64,000 nucleotides of DNA from IMG/VR virus record IMGVR_UViG_3300019763_000001, positions 91,494 through 155,493 of that record. The stretch is one strand, 5' to 3'. Made by a program: the position numbers and the translations under genes. Below, piece after piece: positions 10,513 through 20,525 of the stretch; position 1 is the first letter of the stretch, and each line of letters opens with the position of its first letter. This stretch comes from a virus. Below the pieces are notes generated by a model that saw nothing but the letters and a program-made list of their open reading frames with translations, ran no database searches and was not told the origin of the DNA.

Positions 10513-11316
10513 TTATGGTGTTCCTTGATCAGTTACTGCAAATCCCACAACATAGCTACCGCTATTATCTGGACTGAACCTAGAAAACTTCATCGTTGTA
10601 TCAGTTGCAACAAAACCAAATCTCTTAATGCCTTCATTTAGAGACATACCTGCCCCATCAAATGCAAACGTTGTTATAGTGTTTGGAATTAACGTATTAG
10701 TGTCATCATATGGCTGAATTGCAGTAAATGTTGTTGTTCCAGGATACCCCCAAAAAATAGGAATAAAATAATATTGATTACCTACAGTTAAACCACTAAC
10801 CTCAAAAACCCAACCTCTCCTCATAGCAACGTTACATAAGTCAACTGCACCAGCAATGGACCCTAGAGAAGGATCGTTGCCATCTGGCCATGTCGTAACT
10901 TCTGTTCTCCCTGTGTTGTTTCCGTATGCATTTGGATTAAATGTTGCATTGTTCCTTCTTAGTACCCAATTAGTACCCGTCCATGTCCCTAGAGGGATGG
11001 ATGTATCAGCTCCTCCGCCTCCAGTTGCCTCAAAGGTTACTGCACCAACTGTTGGAGTATCATCACCAACTGAGGCTGCTGCATGTTGAGCCCCTTGATT
11101 CAATACAGCTTCTACTTTGCTCCACGGATATGAAACCCACCCCTCTACAAATGTTGTTACAGGTGGAGGAGAATAAGCTTCTGCCCACCCATAAGAACCA
11201 TCTGGAAGTGGTGCTAGAGAATATGATTTACCCACTTCTGCTAATGGGTTTGCTGGAATAACACCTTGTTTGTTTATATCAGCAATTTCTACCTGCTTTC
11301 CTTTCACTTTTGACAT
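10513..11316 (-). CDS. virion structural/fibre protein
   Basis: G/T-rich beta-type composition; TATAAATA promoter upstream. Confidence 0.6.
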   Translation of the reverse strand: MSKVKGKQVEIADINKQGVIPANPLAEVGKSYSLAPLPDGSYGWAEAYSPPPVTTFVEGWVSYPWSKVEAVLNQGAQHAAASVGDDTPTVGAVTFEATGGGGADTSIPLGTWTGTNWVLRRNNATFNPNAYGNNTGRTEVTTWPDGNDPSLGSIAGAVDLCNVAMRRGWVFEVSGLTVGNQYYFIPIFWGYPGTTTFTAIQPYDDTNTLIPNTITTFAFDGAGMSLNEGIKRFGFVATDTTMKFSRFSPDNSGSYVVGFAVTDQGTP

Positions 11317-11398
11317 ATATAAATTTCCTCATAATTGAATCTCCCTTTTAATATTTTAATCGAAACCCAATTATTTTAGTTAACGGTATTGATTAAAA

Positions 11399-11406
11399 TA
11401 TTTATA
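11399..11406 (-). promoter_or_regulatory. T4-type late promoter TATAAATA
   Basis: exact T4 late consensus upstream of a structural gene; identical copies at 18125-18132, 22889-22896 and 51105-51112. Confidence 0.7.
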
Positions 11407-11467
11407 TGCGTATAATAAAAGTTATAAAGAGTTCAATATCATTTACACAAACAAAAAGGAAATCAAA

Positions 11468-11722
11468 ATGGGAAATGGTAAAGCAGCAGATACAAAAAGC
11501 ATTCAATATGAAATTTTAGTTCTGCGAGATGAAATAATACCTGCTTATGAACGTAAGCTTAAAGAGATTGAAGAGCGTAAAGAGATATGCGAAACTGAAT
11601 CAGGAAAGAAGCTATTAGATGTTCTAATTTCTAGTTATCAAAAAATGATTAAAACTGCTAACGATAACTTAGATGGATTGATAACTTTGCATTTAGAAAC
11701 GCGAGAAGAAAAGAAGAATTAA
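11468..11722 (+). CDS. hypothetical coiled-coil protein
   Basis: AAGGA RBS, own promoter and terminator. Confidence 0.65.
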   Translation: MGNGKAADTKSIQYEILVLRDEIIPAYERKLKEIEERKEICETESGKKLLDVLISSYQKMIKTANDNLDGLITLHLETREEKKN

Positions 11723-11753
11723 AGTGATAAAATCTTAGCTTTATGCTATATTT

Positions 11754-11775
11754 GTGCTCAGAAATGAGCACTTTT
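11754..11775 (+). terminator. Rho-independent terminator
   Basis: GTGCTCA-GAAA-TGAGCAC-TTTT. Confidence 0.7.
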
Positions 11776-11853
11776 AATTGTATGAGCTTAAGTAATCACA
11801 AAGCAAGAAATGGGAGCTATTGCAGCTCCCTTCATGATCAATAAAACAATTGA

Positions 11854-12534
11854 TCAATACTCATAGACAAATAATACGTCGTCATCAACTTCCAGCGCAA
11901 ATAATGCATTAAGCCATGTAGCAGTTGTACCAGATACAGTAAAATCTTTACCAACACCATTACGATAATCAACACCATTGACTTTCATAAGAACGTTAAC
12001 ATTATTTTTAGGGGTTTGTGTTAAAGTAAAAGATGTTTGTGCAGCCGTCGCAGCGAATCCATCAACTTGATGTTGATGTTTAGAAGGATCGAAATCACTT
12101 TCATCAACATCATCCAAACCATTGACGACATCAAGCGGGTTAACATCTTTAAGCTGAACAACTTCTGGATATCGAATATCAACAAGCTTACCAACAGCAT
12201 CTTCAGTTGCAAAAGTAAACGCACTTTCACCGCCTGCACCATCTGTTGTGTAATATGTAATTGTCCAAACGCCAGCAGCTTCAGTTAGACGACCATATAC
12301 TTGTGTACCTTGATCATCAGTTACAATTTCACCGTTATCTGCGCGAATTAGAACAACTTTGTTTTGAGGAGATGTAGTAGCAACGCCTGATGTTGTATTA
12401 TTACCACCTGCTGTTTTACCAGCAAATGACGCTGTTACAGTTACAGAGCCGGCAGCTGCTAACGTAAATGCATCAGGAACTTGACGGATAGTACCAATTA
12501 GTACATCCAATTGTTTTGATTTAATTAAAGACAT
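11854..12534 (-). CDS. virion structural protein
   Basis: C-terminal QTSFTL..NGVDY..DFTVSG domain shared with neighbour. Confidence 0.7.
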   Translation of the reverse strand: MSLIKSKQLDVLIGTIRQVPDAFTLAAAGSVTVTASFAGKTAGGNNTTSGVATTSPQNKVVLIRADNGEIVTDDQGTQVYGRLTEAAGVWTITYYTTDGAGGESAFTFATEDAVGKLVDIRYPEVVQLKDVNPLDVVNGLDDVDESDFDPSKHQHQVDGFAATAAQTSFTLTQTPKNNVNVLMKVNGVDYRNGVGKDFTVSGTTATWLNALFALEVDDDVLFVYEY

Positions 12535-12565
12535 ATTTAAAACCTCAATATTATATTAGTTAAAT

Positions 12566-13159
12566 TTATTTGTATGCTAAGTATTTAAACTTTACAACTT
12601 CACTATCTTCGAAAAAGAACGGACCGTTCCAATTTATAACCCTAGAAACCCTAGTAAAACTTTCACCCTCTATGTATGAGCCACCACAATAGTATAAAAT
12701 AACTTTCTCGCTTGGTATTGGATCTTCGCTCAATATAAATGAAGTTTGACCTAATACTGTTGTAAAATTATCAACTATAACTTTTGTTGAATTGTTATCA
12801 AATACATGCCACATTCCAGCTAAGTAGATATAGAATGTTGGTGGGTTTGTTTTTACAGTTGCAATGTCACCATCATTTATACCAGTTATAGTTGGTAAGT
12901 CTAATGGGTCATCAACTGTGAATACTTGAACACCAGATATACTTGCTGTTGCACCACCTGCCGTTATTGAAACCCAGTATGCATCTGTTCCCCTTGCATC
13001 TATGATTTCTGGAGAGGAAACTGCAAGAGCGGAGTTAACGACATAAAAGTACATCAACCCCGTTTCTTTTAGATAACAAACTTCATCTATCCTACCTTTA
13101 GAAGATGCTGTTGCAATATCGTTAATAACGAAGTTGCTCAATTGCTTTTGTGAAATCAT
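12566..13159 (-). CDS. virion structural protein
   Basis: same C-terminal QTSF domain; MISQKQL N-terminus. Confidence 0.7.
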   Translation of the reverse strand: MISQKQLSNFVINDIATASSKGRIDEVCYLKETGLMYFYVVNSALAVSSPEIIDARGTDAYWVSITAGGATASISGVQVFTVDDPLDLPTITGINDGDIATVKTNPPTFYIYLAGMWHVFDNNSTKVIVDNFTTVLGQTSFILSEDPIPSEKVILYYCGGSYIEGESFTRVSRVINWNGPFFFEDSEVVKFKYLAYK

Positions 13160-13202
13160 TTACAGCACTCCAAAATAGATAAATTGATTATCTAGTTATT
13201 TA

Positions 13203-15320
13203 TTATGGCTTTTCACCTATAGCAATCCAATCATATGATTGGTCAACCAACGTATTGCTATTATCTGAACATGCAATAGTGAATGTGCTAGTAGTTTTAG
13301 CAAAGTTGTCAATAAGCATAGATCGTACTTGTGTAGATCCACTTAATGCTGTTGCGGTTAGAGTATAGGTTGTATTAGCAAATGCAGCTGGTAAGCTTAC
13401 AATATTAGGACCGATTGTAACTGTCGATGCTGTACCTCTTTGAATTCGAGTATTACCAATATCAATATAACTAGAAGCTGTTTGGTCATTAATATCAACA
13501 CCACCCAAAACTTCACTGCTGTAAATTAGAGATAATCTTTCACCAGACGCATCCAATCGCCATACGGTTTCAACCATATTACCGTCTTTAATATTGATAT
13601 TATCAACGTTTACAACAGTTCCAGTTTTAACGAAAGACGGACCAAAGTTCAGCTCAGTATCTTGCCCATCCGCTTTAAAGAAAATACGAACAGGTTGCCC
13701 ATCATATACTTTAAACCACTCAGCGGTGCTTGGATTTGTTACTGAAATACTTGCACCAGTACATTGAACATATATATGAGGATTTCTAATCTTAGGCTCA
13801 ATAGTAGTGTTGATGCTTAGTTCATTAATCATACGCCCTTGAATAATTTTATCAAAGTTGTTCGTGTTGATAAAATAACCTAAACCAGCTGGTCGAATAA
13901 ATGTATACTCTGTACCATTCGATGGTGAAGTATCACGATTGGTAGAATTACCAAACACATAGTTTGTATTGAACCCTAACTGAGCATTTTCCATACCAGC
14001 AACGAATACAATTTTATATTCTTGGTTGTCAGACGCATTAGCTGGAGTATTAAGACCACCAACTGTGCTAGATCCATCACCATATACTAATAGAGTGTGA
14101 CCTAGAGAAACATCAAATTGAATGTTTGCGCCATCAGTAGGCCAATTCCAAATTTGAGTTGTATCGCTTTCACTTAATTCTAGTGCAGGTTTTGTATAGT
14201 TAAGCAATCTTACTTTTAATATACTTCTATCGACTCTAAATACAAATACATAAGTTTCGCCAGCTGGAATAACAACATCGTCAACAGTATTATCGTTTGT
14301 AGAGTTAACAATATCAGTTGTATTGAAGCTTACCGTATGTGGAGAAGTATCAGTGTTTTCAACATAGTATGTTACTGCATAGTCATCACCACCTTTTCCA
14401 TAAAACGAGTTGGCAGAATTCAAACTAAATTCAAAATCAACAGTTGTTTCTCTATATTCAATTTCATGAGTCGGAGAAAGTTGAAGTGTTGTTTGTGATA
14501 CAGTACCAGTTGTTCTAGTAACACCTTTAATAAGGCCAACTTTATTATTAAGAACAAGCTTACTAAGTGCAGCATTGTATGTAAACTGCAACGTATCCCC
14601 TTGGTCAAAGATATAAATTCCATCCAAAGCACCCGTATCAAAATCAGACGAAAACGCCAATTGTTGATTATTAGGGTTCGACGTGCATCTAATCTTATAT
14701 GTAGCTCCATCAACAAAGTTTGTTAACCCTGAGATAGTTGCTCTATCTGTAGTGCCTGCTGTCCCAACAAATGCAAGATATAAAACGTCACCATCATCAG
14801 CATCCCACGCAAAAGTCTCTGCCGCTGTTACAGGCTTTCCATAAATTGTTTCACTTCCAGAAACTTCAATAGGTTTTTCAAGAGTTTTGACATTACCAGC
14901 GCCATCCTTGTGAAAAATGTGTGTAACTGGGTCTGTGTTTGTATCTGTACCTGTAAAATAGATAAATTGATCAGTTACTGCAACTGTTGCAGCATCGATT
15001 TCAGCTTCTGTTGGTTTACCCGCTGTTGCTTGTGTAACACTGGAGTCACTTGCAAACAAATGGTTTTTAGCTGTTGCGCTTGGAACTTCTAGCGAAATTA
15101 GATTTCCACCACCCTTGTAATAAACGTGTGTTGCTGGACCATCAATATCCGTACCGTTGTACTTGAAATATGCTGGGCCTGCATTTGATGATGTAGCTGT
15201 TGCAATTTCGCCTTCTGTTGGAGCACCCGCAACTGTTGGAGCAACAAGAGTTTCTGTTAAAAACGTTACAGATGCATCGTTACTTCCGGACGCAAAAGAT
15301 AGTAATGGAGAATTACTCAT
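13203..15320 (-). CDS. tail fibre protein with C-terminal gp53-like/lectin-type domain
   Basis: ATG at 15320 after GAGGA; C-terminal IQRG..VSLPAAF..YDWIAIG. Confidence 0.75.
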   Translation of the reverse strand: MSNSPLLSFASGSNDASVTFLTETLVAPTVAGAPTEGEIATATSSNAGPAYFKYNGTDIDGPATHVYYKGGGNLISLEVPSATAKNHLFASDSSVTQATAGKPTEAEIDAATVAVTDQFIYFTGTDTNTDPVTHIFHKDGAGNVKTLEKPIEVSGSETIYGKPVTAAETFAWDADDGDVLYLAFVGTAGTTDRATISGLTNFVDGATYKIRCTSNPNNQQLAFSSDFDTGALDGIYIFDQGDTLQFTYNAALSKLVLNNKVGLIKGVTRTTGTVSQTTLQLSPTHEIEYRETTVDFEFSLNSANSFYGKGGDDYAVTYYVENTDTSPHTVSFNTTDIVNSTNDNTVDDVVIPAGETYVFVFRVDRSILKVRLLNYTKPALELSESDTTQIWNWPTDGANIQFDVSLGHTLLVYGDGSSTVGGLNTPANASDNQEYKIVFVAGMENAQLGFNTNYVFGNSTNRDTSPSNGTEYTFIRPAGLGYFINTNNFDKIIQGRMINELSINTTIEPKIRNPHIYVQCTGASISVTNPSTAEWFKVYDGQPVRIFFKADGQDTELNFGPSFVKTGTVVNVDNINIKDGNMVETVWRLDASGERLSLIYSSEVLGGVDINDQTASSYIDIGNTRIQRGTASTVTIGPNIVSLPAAFANTTYTLTATALSGSTQVRSMLIDNFAKTTSTFTIACSDNSNTLVDQSYDWIAIGEKP

Positions 15321-15371
15321 ATGTATATTCCTCAAAAAGAAAGAGGGTGAATTAACACCCTCAAATTAAGA

Positions 15372-18050
15372 TTAAACTTTTGTATATCGAACTGTTACAG
15401 TTGCAGGTCTATTACCCAATGCAGCACCAGATACACTATATCTTAGATTATTACTTGCAATATGTGGTGCAAAGTATGTTGTATCGAATGACACACCAGC
15501 AATATATTTTCGATTTGAACTATCTTCAACAAAACCCTCAACAGATACTAGATCTTCATAGTTTGTTAAAGTGTCTATATTATGATCACCATTTGCTGCA
15601 ACTGTTGTGAATATAAACGTTCTCTCGAAAATTGGTTTTCCGTTGTGCCAAGTTCGATCAGTTTGACGTTCGTCAGTTGCATATGAATAACCAGAATCCG
15701 ATATAATAGTCTTCTGTTTCTTCTTACCAGTAATTCTAACAAAACCACTTGTAGGCGATGATGTGAATGTACTAGCTGTGGAAGCACCTGGATAGAATAT
15801 CAAGTTAGTTGAAGCATTTGTAACACTAACAACAGTTGGTGTAGAGTCAGGGTTATACAAAGCCGCAGTATCAATAGTTACAGTGTCGTAGATCTCACCA
15901 GTTGTCCAATGTTGGAAAGATACTGTCTCATATTCGGATTTAATATCACCCCACGTCTTAGCAACATCAAGTGTCATTGTTCCAGAGGTATTTGAACCAT
16001 CATATAAGACATCAACTAAATCTTCTGGGACAACTGTAGTAGTATCGATAACTGTTTTACGAGGCTTAATACCTTTAATCAACAAGTTACGAGATGTACC
16101 AGCAATACCTAATGTAACGGTAAATTGACCATCTGTTGGTTGAATGCTTGAAAACTCAGTATTGAAATCTTTGGTCATACCATATGAGAAATTCTCATTA
16201 GAATCTGTATCTATGGTGAACAAATTAGCTGTATCTATACGACCAGTTGGAAAGTGATTTTGGTTCGTAATGTAACTGAATTCAATAAACTCATATGTAT
16301 CTTTCGCTTGTTGCCAAGTTAGTCCATTATTTAAGTTATATGAACCGCCGTTAGTGATTGGGTTGTTGAATAGCACATCTGATAAATCTTCAACTTCAAC
16401 TAAGTTTGGTGGAACAACTGTCTTCAGCTTTTTACGAGCAATAACTTCAACTTGACCATTTTGAGAAACAGCTCCTTGAGTATCAACTCTAAACAACCCA
16501 TCTGTTGTTGGAGAAGTAAATCTAATTACGTTTTGGTAATCATTACCTCTAAATGCAACAACTTCCATACTGTTTAGAATATCGCTGACTGTTACTATAG
16601 CAGATTGTAACTGTTGTGTATCAGCAGAGTTCCATAATCTAAACTCCATACTCTCATAATCAGCTGCAATATCATTCCAAGTTCCAGAAGGAAGCGTTAA
16701 ATTGACATTATCAGTGTACGCCGTCTTTGGCATAAGAACAGTTTCAAAGTCTTCAACTTCAACCATACCGGCAAGAACTGTTTCAGTTTCAGGAATTTGA
16801 TTCCAAGTAATAGTGGAATGCCCAGTATTACCTGCACTGGTAGCTGTAGTATTATAAACTGTAGTTGTTGATCCACCATGAGATGCGAATTGCATCTTAA
16901 TAGTTTCGTTTCCTGTAGTTTTATACTGGAACTTAATTACAACAGACTCAGTTGCATTGGAAATCTTTGGATACCAATCCTCAGAGGAACTTGGAATATC
17001 TGCACCGCTTCCATCAACAAACTTGAAGTTTGAATTCTGTGTTAAGCTATTACGCGCTCTTAAAACTGCTGTAATATCATACGTACCTTCATTGACAAGA
17101 GTGATTTCACTGCCTACAATATCAGAATATGTACTACTGTTTGTACTTTGACCACCTGTAATAGATGTGTTCATCCCGTAAGATAGAGCTTTTAAGGATC
17201 CTTCACCTAATACTTGAACAGTCCACTCACCAACACCACTATCCATAAACAGCAATAGTTCGCCTTCAGCTTGAGTTGTATACGTTGCGTCAACAACACC
17301 ATTCAACTTCTCACCACTTTGAACGCTAAATACAGTGTCGCTATGTGTTGCAGTAGATGTAACCATTACACGATCTTGTGAACCGGTTGCAGCATATAAA
17401 GTTGTTGCTGTATCAGTACCTTCAGCAGTATATATACCTTGCTCTGCAATAGATGCAACAACAACACCTTTTTGAGCAAGACCGCCCGCTGCAACTTCGC
17501 CAACTTCAACAGCTTGTTCAACATCTACAAAAATTGTATTTGCATCACGAACGTGCAACAAACCTTGAACAATACCAGATGTTTGCTTCGTATCTACAAC
17601 CGCACTTGATGCTTGATCCAACCAATAGTATTCACCAGCTGTTAAACCATGTGCTGTTACCTCTGCAACACCGTGAGTAGTGACAATAAAATGACTACCG
17701 TCAATAACTTTAGTTACGATTGCTTGAGCAACTTTTTCACCCAAATCACCCTGCGAAGCTTTCCAATCTGTACCATCGTGATATACTGGTTGAAGAACAT
17801 TGAATCCGTGAGTTGCTTGAACAACAAGTTCCGTTAGTGCGCTAGCATCTTTTTTACGAACCCAGAATCCATCTGTAACTGTTGAAGAGACTACTTGACC
17901 TGCAATAGCAACAAGAGTATTATCTACAACGTGGTTATAAAAAGCTTGCTCACTTTTCACATAGATGACTTTATTATTGTCACCACGAATAGAAGCAAGA
18001 GATGTTTCGTCATCTGTCATTAAATGACGAATTTGACTTTGATTTATCAT
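15372..18050 (-). CDS. long tail fibre protein with internal repeats
   Basis: 892 aa; three ~115-aa repeats; C-terminal YATDERQTDRTWHNGKPIF..VRYTK fibre tip motif. Confidence 0.78.
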   Translation of the reverse strand: MINQSQIRHLMTDDETSLASIRGDNNKVIYVKSEQAFYNHVVDNTLVAIAGQVVSSTVTDGFWVRKKDASALTELVVQATHGFNVLQPVYHDGTDWKASQGDLGEKVAQAIVTKVIDGSHFIVTTHGVAEVTAHGLTAGEYYWLDQASSAVVDTKQTSGIVQGLLHVRDANTIFVDVEQAVEVGEVAAGGLAQKGVVVASIAEQGIYTAEGTDTATTLYAATGSQDRVMVTSTATHSDTVFSVQSGEKLNGVVDATYTTQAEGELLLFMDSGVGEWTVQVLGEGSLKALSYGMNTSITGGQSTNSSTYSDIVGSEITLVNEGTYDITAVLRARNSLTQNSNFKFVDGSGADIPSSSEDWYPKISNATESVVIKFQYKTTGNETIKMQFASHGGSTTTVYNTTATSAGNTGHSTITWNQIPETETVLAGMVEVEDFETVLMPKTAYTDNVNLTLPSGTWNDIAADYESMEFRLWNSADTQQLQSAIVTVSDILNSMEVVAFRGNDYQNVIRFTSPTTDGLFRVDTQGAVSQNGQVEVIARKKLKTVVPPNLVEVEDLSDVLFNNPITNGGSYNLNNGLTWQQAKDTYEFIEFSYITNQNHFPTGRIDTANLFTIDTDSNENFSYGMTKDFNTEFSSIQPTDGQFTVTLGIAGTSRNLLIKGIKPRKTVIDTTTVVPEDLVDVLYDGSNTSGTMTLDVAKTWGDIKSEYETVSFQHWTTGEIYDTVTIDTAALYNPDSTPTVVSVTNASTNLIFYPGASTASTFTSSPTSGFVRITGKKKQKTIISDSGYSYATDERQTDRTWHNGKPIFERTFIFTTVAANGDHNIDTLTNYEDLVSVEGFVEDSSNRKYIAGVSFDTTYFAPHIASNNLRYSVSGAALGNRPATVTVRYTKV

Positions 18051-18124
18051 ATTTCTTTTCCTATAATTATAAAGAAAATAGGGGTGATAGAATATTCCAC
18101 CACCCCCTAGATTTTAACTAATGT

Positions 18125-18132
18125 TATTTATA
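18125..18132 (-). promoter_or_regulatory. T4-type late promoter TATAAATA
   Basis: exact consensus upstream of the 18050 gene. Confidence 0.65.
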
Positions 18133-18133
18133 A

Positions 18134-20164
18134 TCATTGTTTGATTTTAAGAACTAATGTATCGCCTGTTTCCATTGTGTATGGGAATGACAATGTAGTT
18201 GTAGAAACAACTGCTACATCCAATGAAATATCAACACCATTAAGTTCAACAACTGTATCCCCTGAATCGACATCACCTTGAACTAGATCTTTAGTTGCAA
18301 AAGCACTTGTGATTAAAAGAGCTGCTGTTGTGTCATTTGTACCGTCTGAAATATCATATACAGCACCACCAAATGTGCTTGCAAACCCAGCTGGATATGT
18401 AAATACTACCCGCTCTGGTTTAGCTGGAGTTAGTTCGATTTGTTCAAACGTTGAACCAGTTCCATCGATATCAGGATCGGTAGATTTAGCAGTTGCTTTG
18501 TATACTGTACCATCATCAACAAGGAATGTTTGATCAACAAAGTACGCAACAGTTGTACCATCAACTGGAGTAGCAGCAATGCGAACAATATTGTTAACAG
18601 CATCTTTACCCTTAATACCAACTAAGTTAGTAGTTTCATCGATGGTTACGATACTTTGATCAGCATCTGAATCTTTTGTTGGTAGTGTTGCAGCATCTTC
18701 ACCAACTTGGTATTTACCTTGTGTATTCTTTAATAGTACACCATCAGCAGTTGCAGATACTTCTGAATCTCTTGAAACACCATTTGTTGTTGCATATTTT
18801 AAGCTGATCTTCTCATCAACTGCACTACCCTCAACACTACCAGATTCAGTTCCAGAGTTGAAAGACAACTTCGATTTATCAACTTCAACTTCAAGAGCCC
18901 CTGTAGAACCAGCACCATTAATAGTACCAACGGTAAACTTAGATAAGTTAGCAAACGCTAAAGACAAGTAAGAGCCCGGAAATGATGTAGAGCCATCTAA
19001 AGTTCTATTGCTAGTTAGAGTACCATTTTCACTGTAAATCGAACCTTGGTTTTTAAGCAAAGTTGCAACGCCATCAATGTCAACATAATACACAATCTTT
19101 TCAGGATCTGTAGCTGTATCATTTCCAGTGTAGTAAGCAAATACATCTTCTAGTGCAAGACCATCAAGATATGTTTTCACTTCACTTACATCTGCATTAC
19201 CCGCAGAGAATGGAGCAACACTTGTATCATCTAAATGAACACGAGATTTAGCTTTTGTTGGCTCAAAAACTTTAAGAATTGAACCATTTTCATCAACATG
19301 GAAGATAAACTTAATATCATCGGTTAGTGTGCTTGTTCCTGTATAGAAAGCAAACACATCATTGACAGATAATGTACCAATATAAGTACGAAGTTCAGCT
19401 TCTGTTGCATCACCAGCAATTGCTGGAGCTGGAGCAATTGCAGCTTCATCGATAAATAAATGATCTTTAGCGGTTGCACCAACTTTGTCCCAATCAGCAA
19501 CGTCCCAAGCTTTAGCAGCAATATCAACTTTACAGCGATATAGAACACCATCTTTTAAAACAGGGTTATTTGCTTTGTAAGCCAACAATGGATCATGATC
19601 TGGAATATACGTATTTGCATCTATTTGGACAATTAAACCGTTACCGTCATCGTGATCAAACGTTCTATCACCATTGTCTGTTAATACAGAGCGCAATGTT
19701 GTTAGATCAATTGTAACGTCTGGAGTTACACCATCATTATCTGTTAGAGTTAATACCATTGTTGGAGCATCAAACGTTGCACCATCAACATAAACATCTG
19801 TAGTCTCTGATAATAGAGTCCACATTGCTGCTTTATCAGCCCATACATCTGCTGGAATACCGACTGGAATATTAGCTGTAATATGATAGAGCTTTGCAGC
19901 TTCAACCATTAGTGTATCAGCAGGATATTCTTTAGTGTTATCATAACCAAAGAAAACTTCTGGAGTTGAAGACATTTGCACATAAGATGCACCAACACCT
20001 GTTGATGTTGCTAGATATGAAGCAGATGTTCCATCTCCAATATCTTCGACATACACCATTTTAGCTTCCAAGATGTTCAATGCATCTCTTTCAGCAATTG
20101 TAGCTACTTGAATCATCTCATACTGACGATCAATTCTCGTACCGTTTTTAACATAATAACCCAT
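18134..20164 (-). CDS. tail fibre/decoration protein
   Basis: 676 aa; CBM5/12-like W-rich short modules and duplicated YTG domain. Confidence 0.72.
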   Translation of the reverse strand: MGYYVKNGTRIDRQYEMIQVATIAERDALNILEAKMVYVEDIGDGTSASYLATSTGVGASYVQMSSTPEVFFGYDNTKEYPADTLMVEAAKLYHITANIPVGIPADVWADKAAMWTLLSETTDVYVDGATFDAPTMVLTLTDNDGVTPDVTIDLTTLRSVLTDNGDRTFDHDDGNGLIVQIDANTYIPDHDPLLAYKANNPVLKDGVLYRCKVDIAAKAWDVADWDKVGATAKDHLFIDEAAIAPAPAIAGDATEAELRTYIGTLSVNDVFAFYTGTSTLTDDIKFIFHVDENGSILKVFEPTKAKSRVHLDDTSVAPFSAGNADVSEVKTYLDGLALEDVFAYYTGNDTATDPEKIVYYVDIDGVATLLKNQGSIYSENGTLTSNRTLDGSTSFPGSYLSLAFANLSKFTVGTINGAGSTGALEVEVDKSKLSFNSGTESGSVEGSAVDEKISLKYATTNGVSRDSEVSATADGVLLKNTQGKYQVGEDAATLPTKDSDADQSIVTIDETTNLVGIKGKDAVNNIVRIAATPVDGTTVAYFVDQTFLVDDGTVYKATAKSTDPDIDGTGSTFEQIELTPAKPERVVFTYPAGFASTFGGAVYDISDGTNDTTAALLITSAFATKDLVQGDVDSGDTVVELNGVDISLDVAVVSTTTLSFPYTMETGDTLVLKIKQ

Positions 20165-20178
20165 TTTAAATACCTCTA

Positions 20179-20508
20179 TTATGCATCTAAGTGGTTTAAG
20201 ACACAGCCGATACCGACAGCATCTGCAATAGCAACTAATTGTGATCCCTTAGGCATCATAATCTTATCGTTACCGTCAAATACCCAAGCGTCTCCAGCCT
20301 CAATAGGTATATCCTTCAATAAGTAAGCAGATGATCCTACTGTACCACCGTCTGGAATCTGAAAAAGAGACATATTGATAGTCCCTGTTGTTTCGTTAGT
20401 AAAAGTACAGCGCATAATAAACTGTTCTAAATCAGTTGCTGTTGTACCAACAGATAAAAGAACAGTATTGGTTGTACCTACTGCAATATTTTTAACATAA
20501 GCAGCCAT
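20179..20508 (-). CDS. small virion structural protein
   Basis: 109 aa beta-rich; GAGGA RBS. Confidence 0.65.
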   Translation of the reverse strand: MAAYVKNIAVGTTNTVLLSVGTTATDLEQFIMRCTFTNETTGTINMSLFQIPDGGTVGSSAYLLKDIPIEAGDAWVFDGNDKIMMPKGSQLVAIADAVGIGCVLNHLDA

Positions 20509-20525
20509 TATTAATTCCTCTTAAA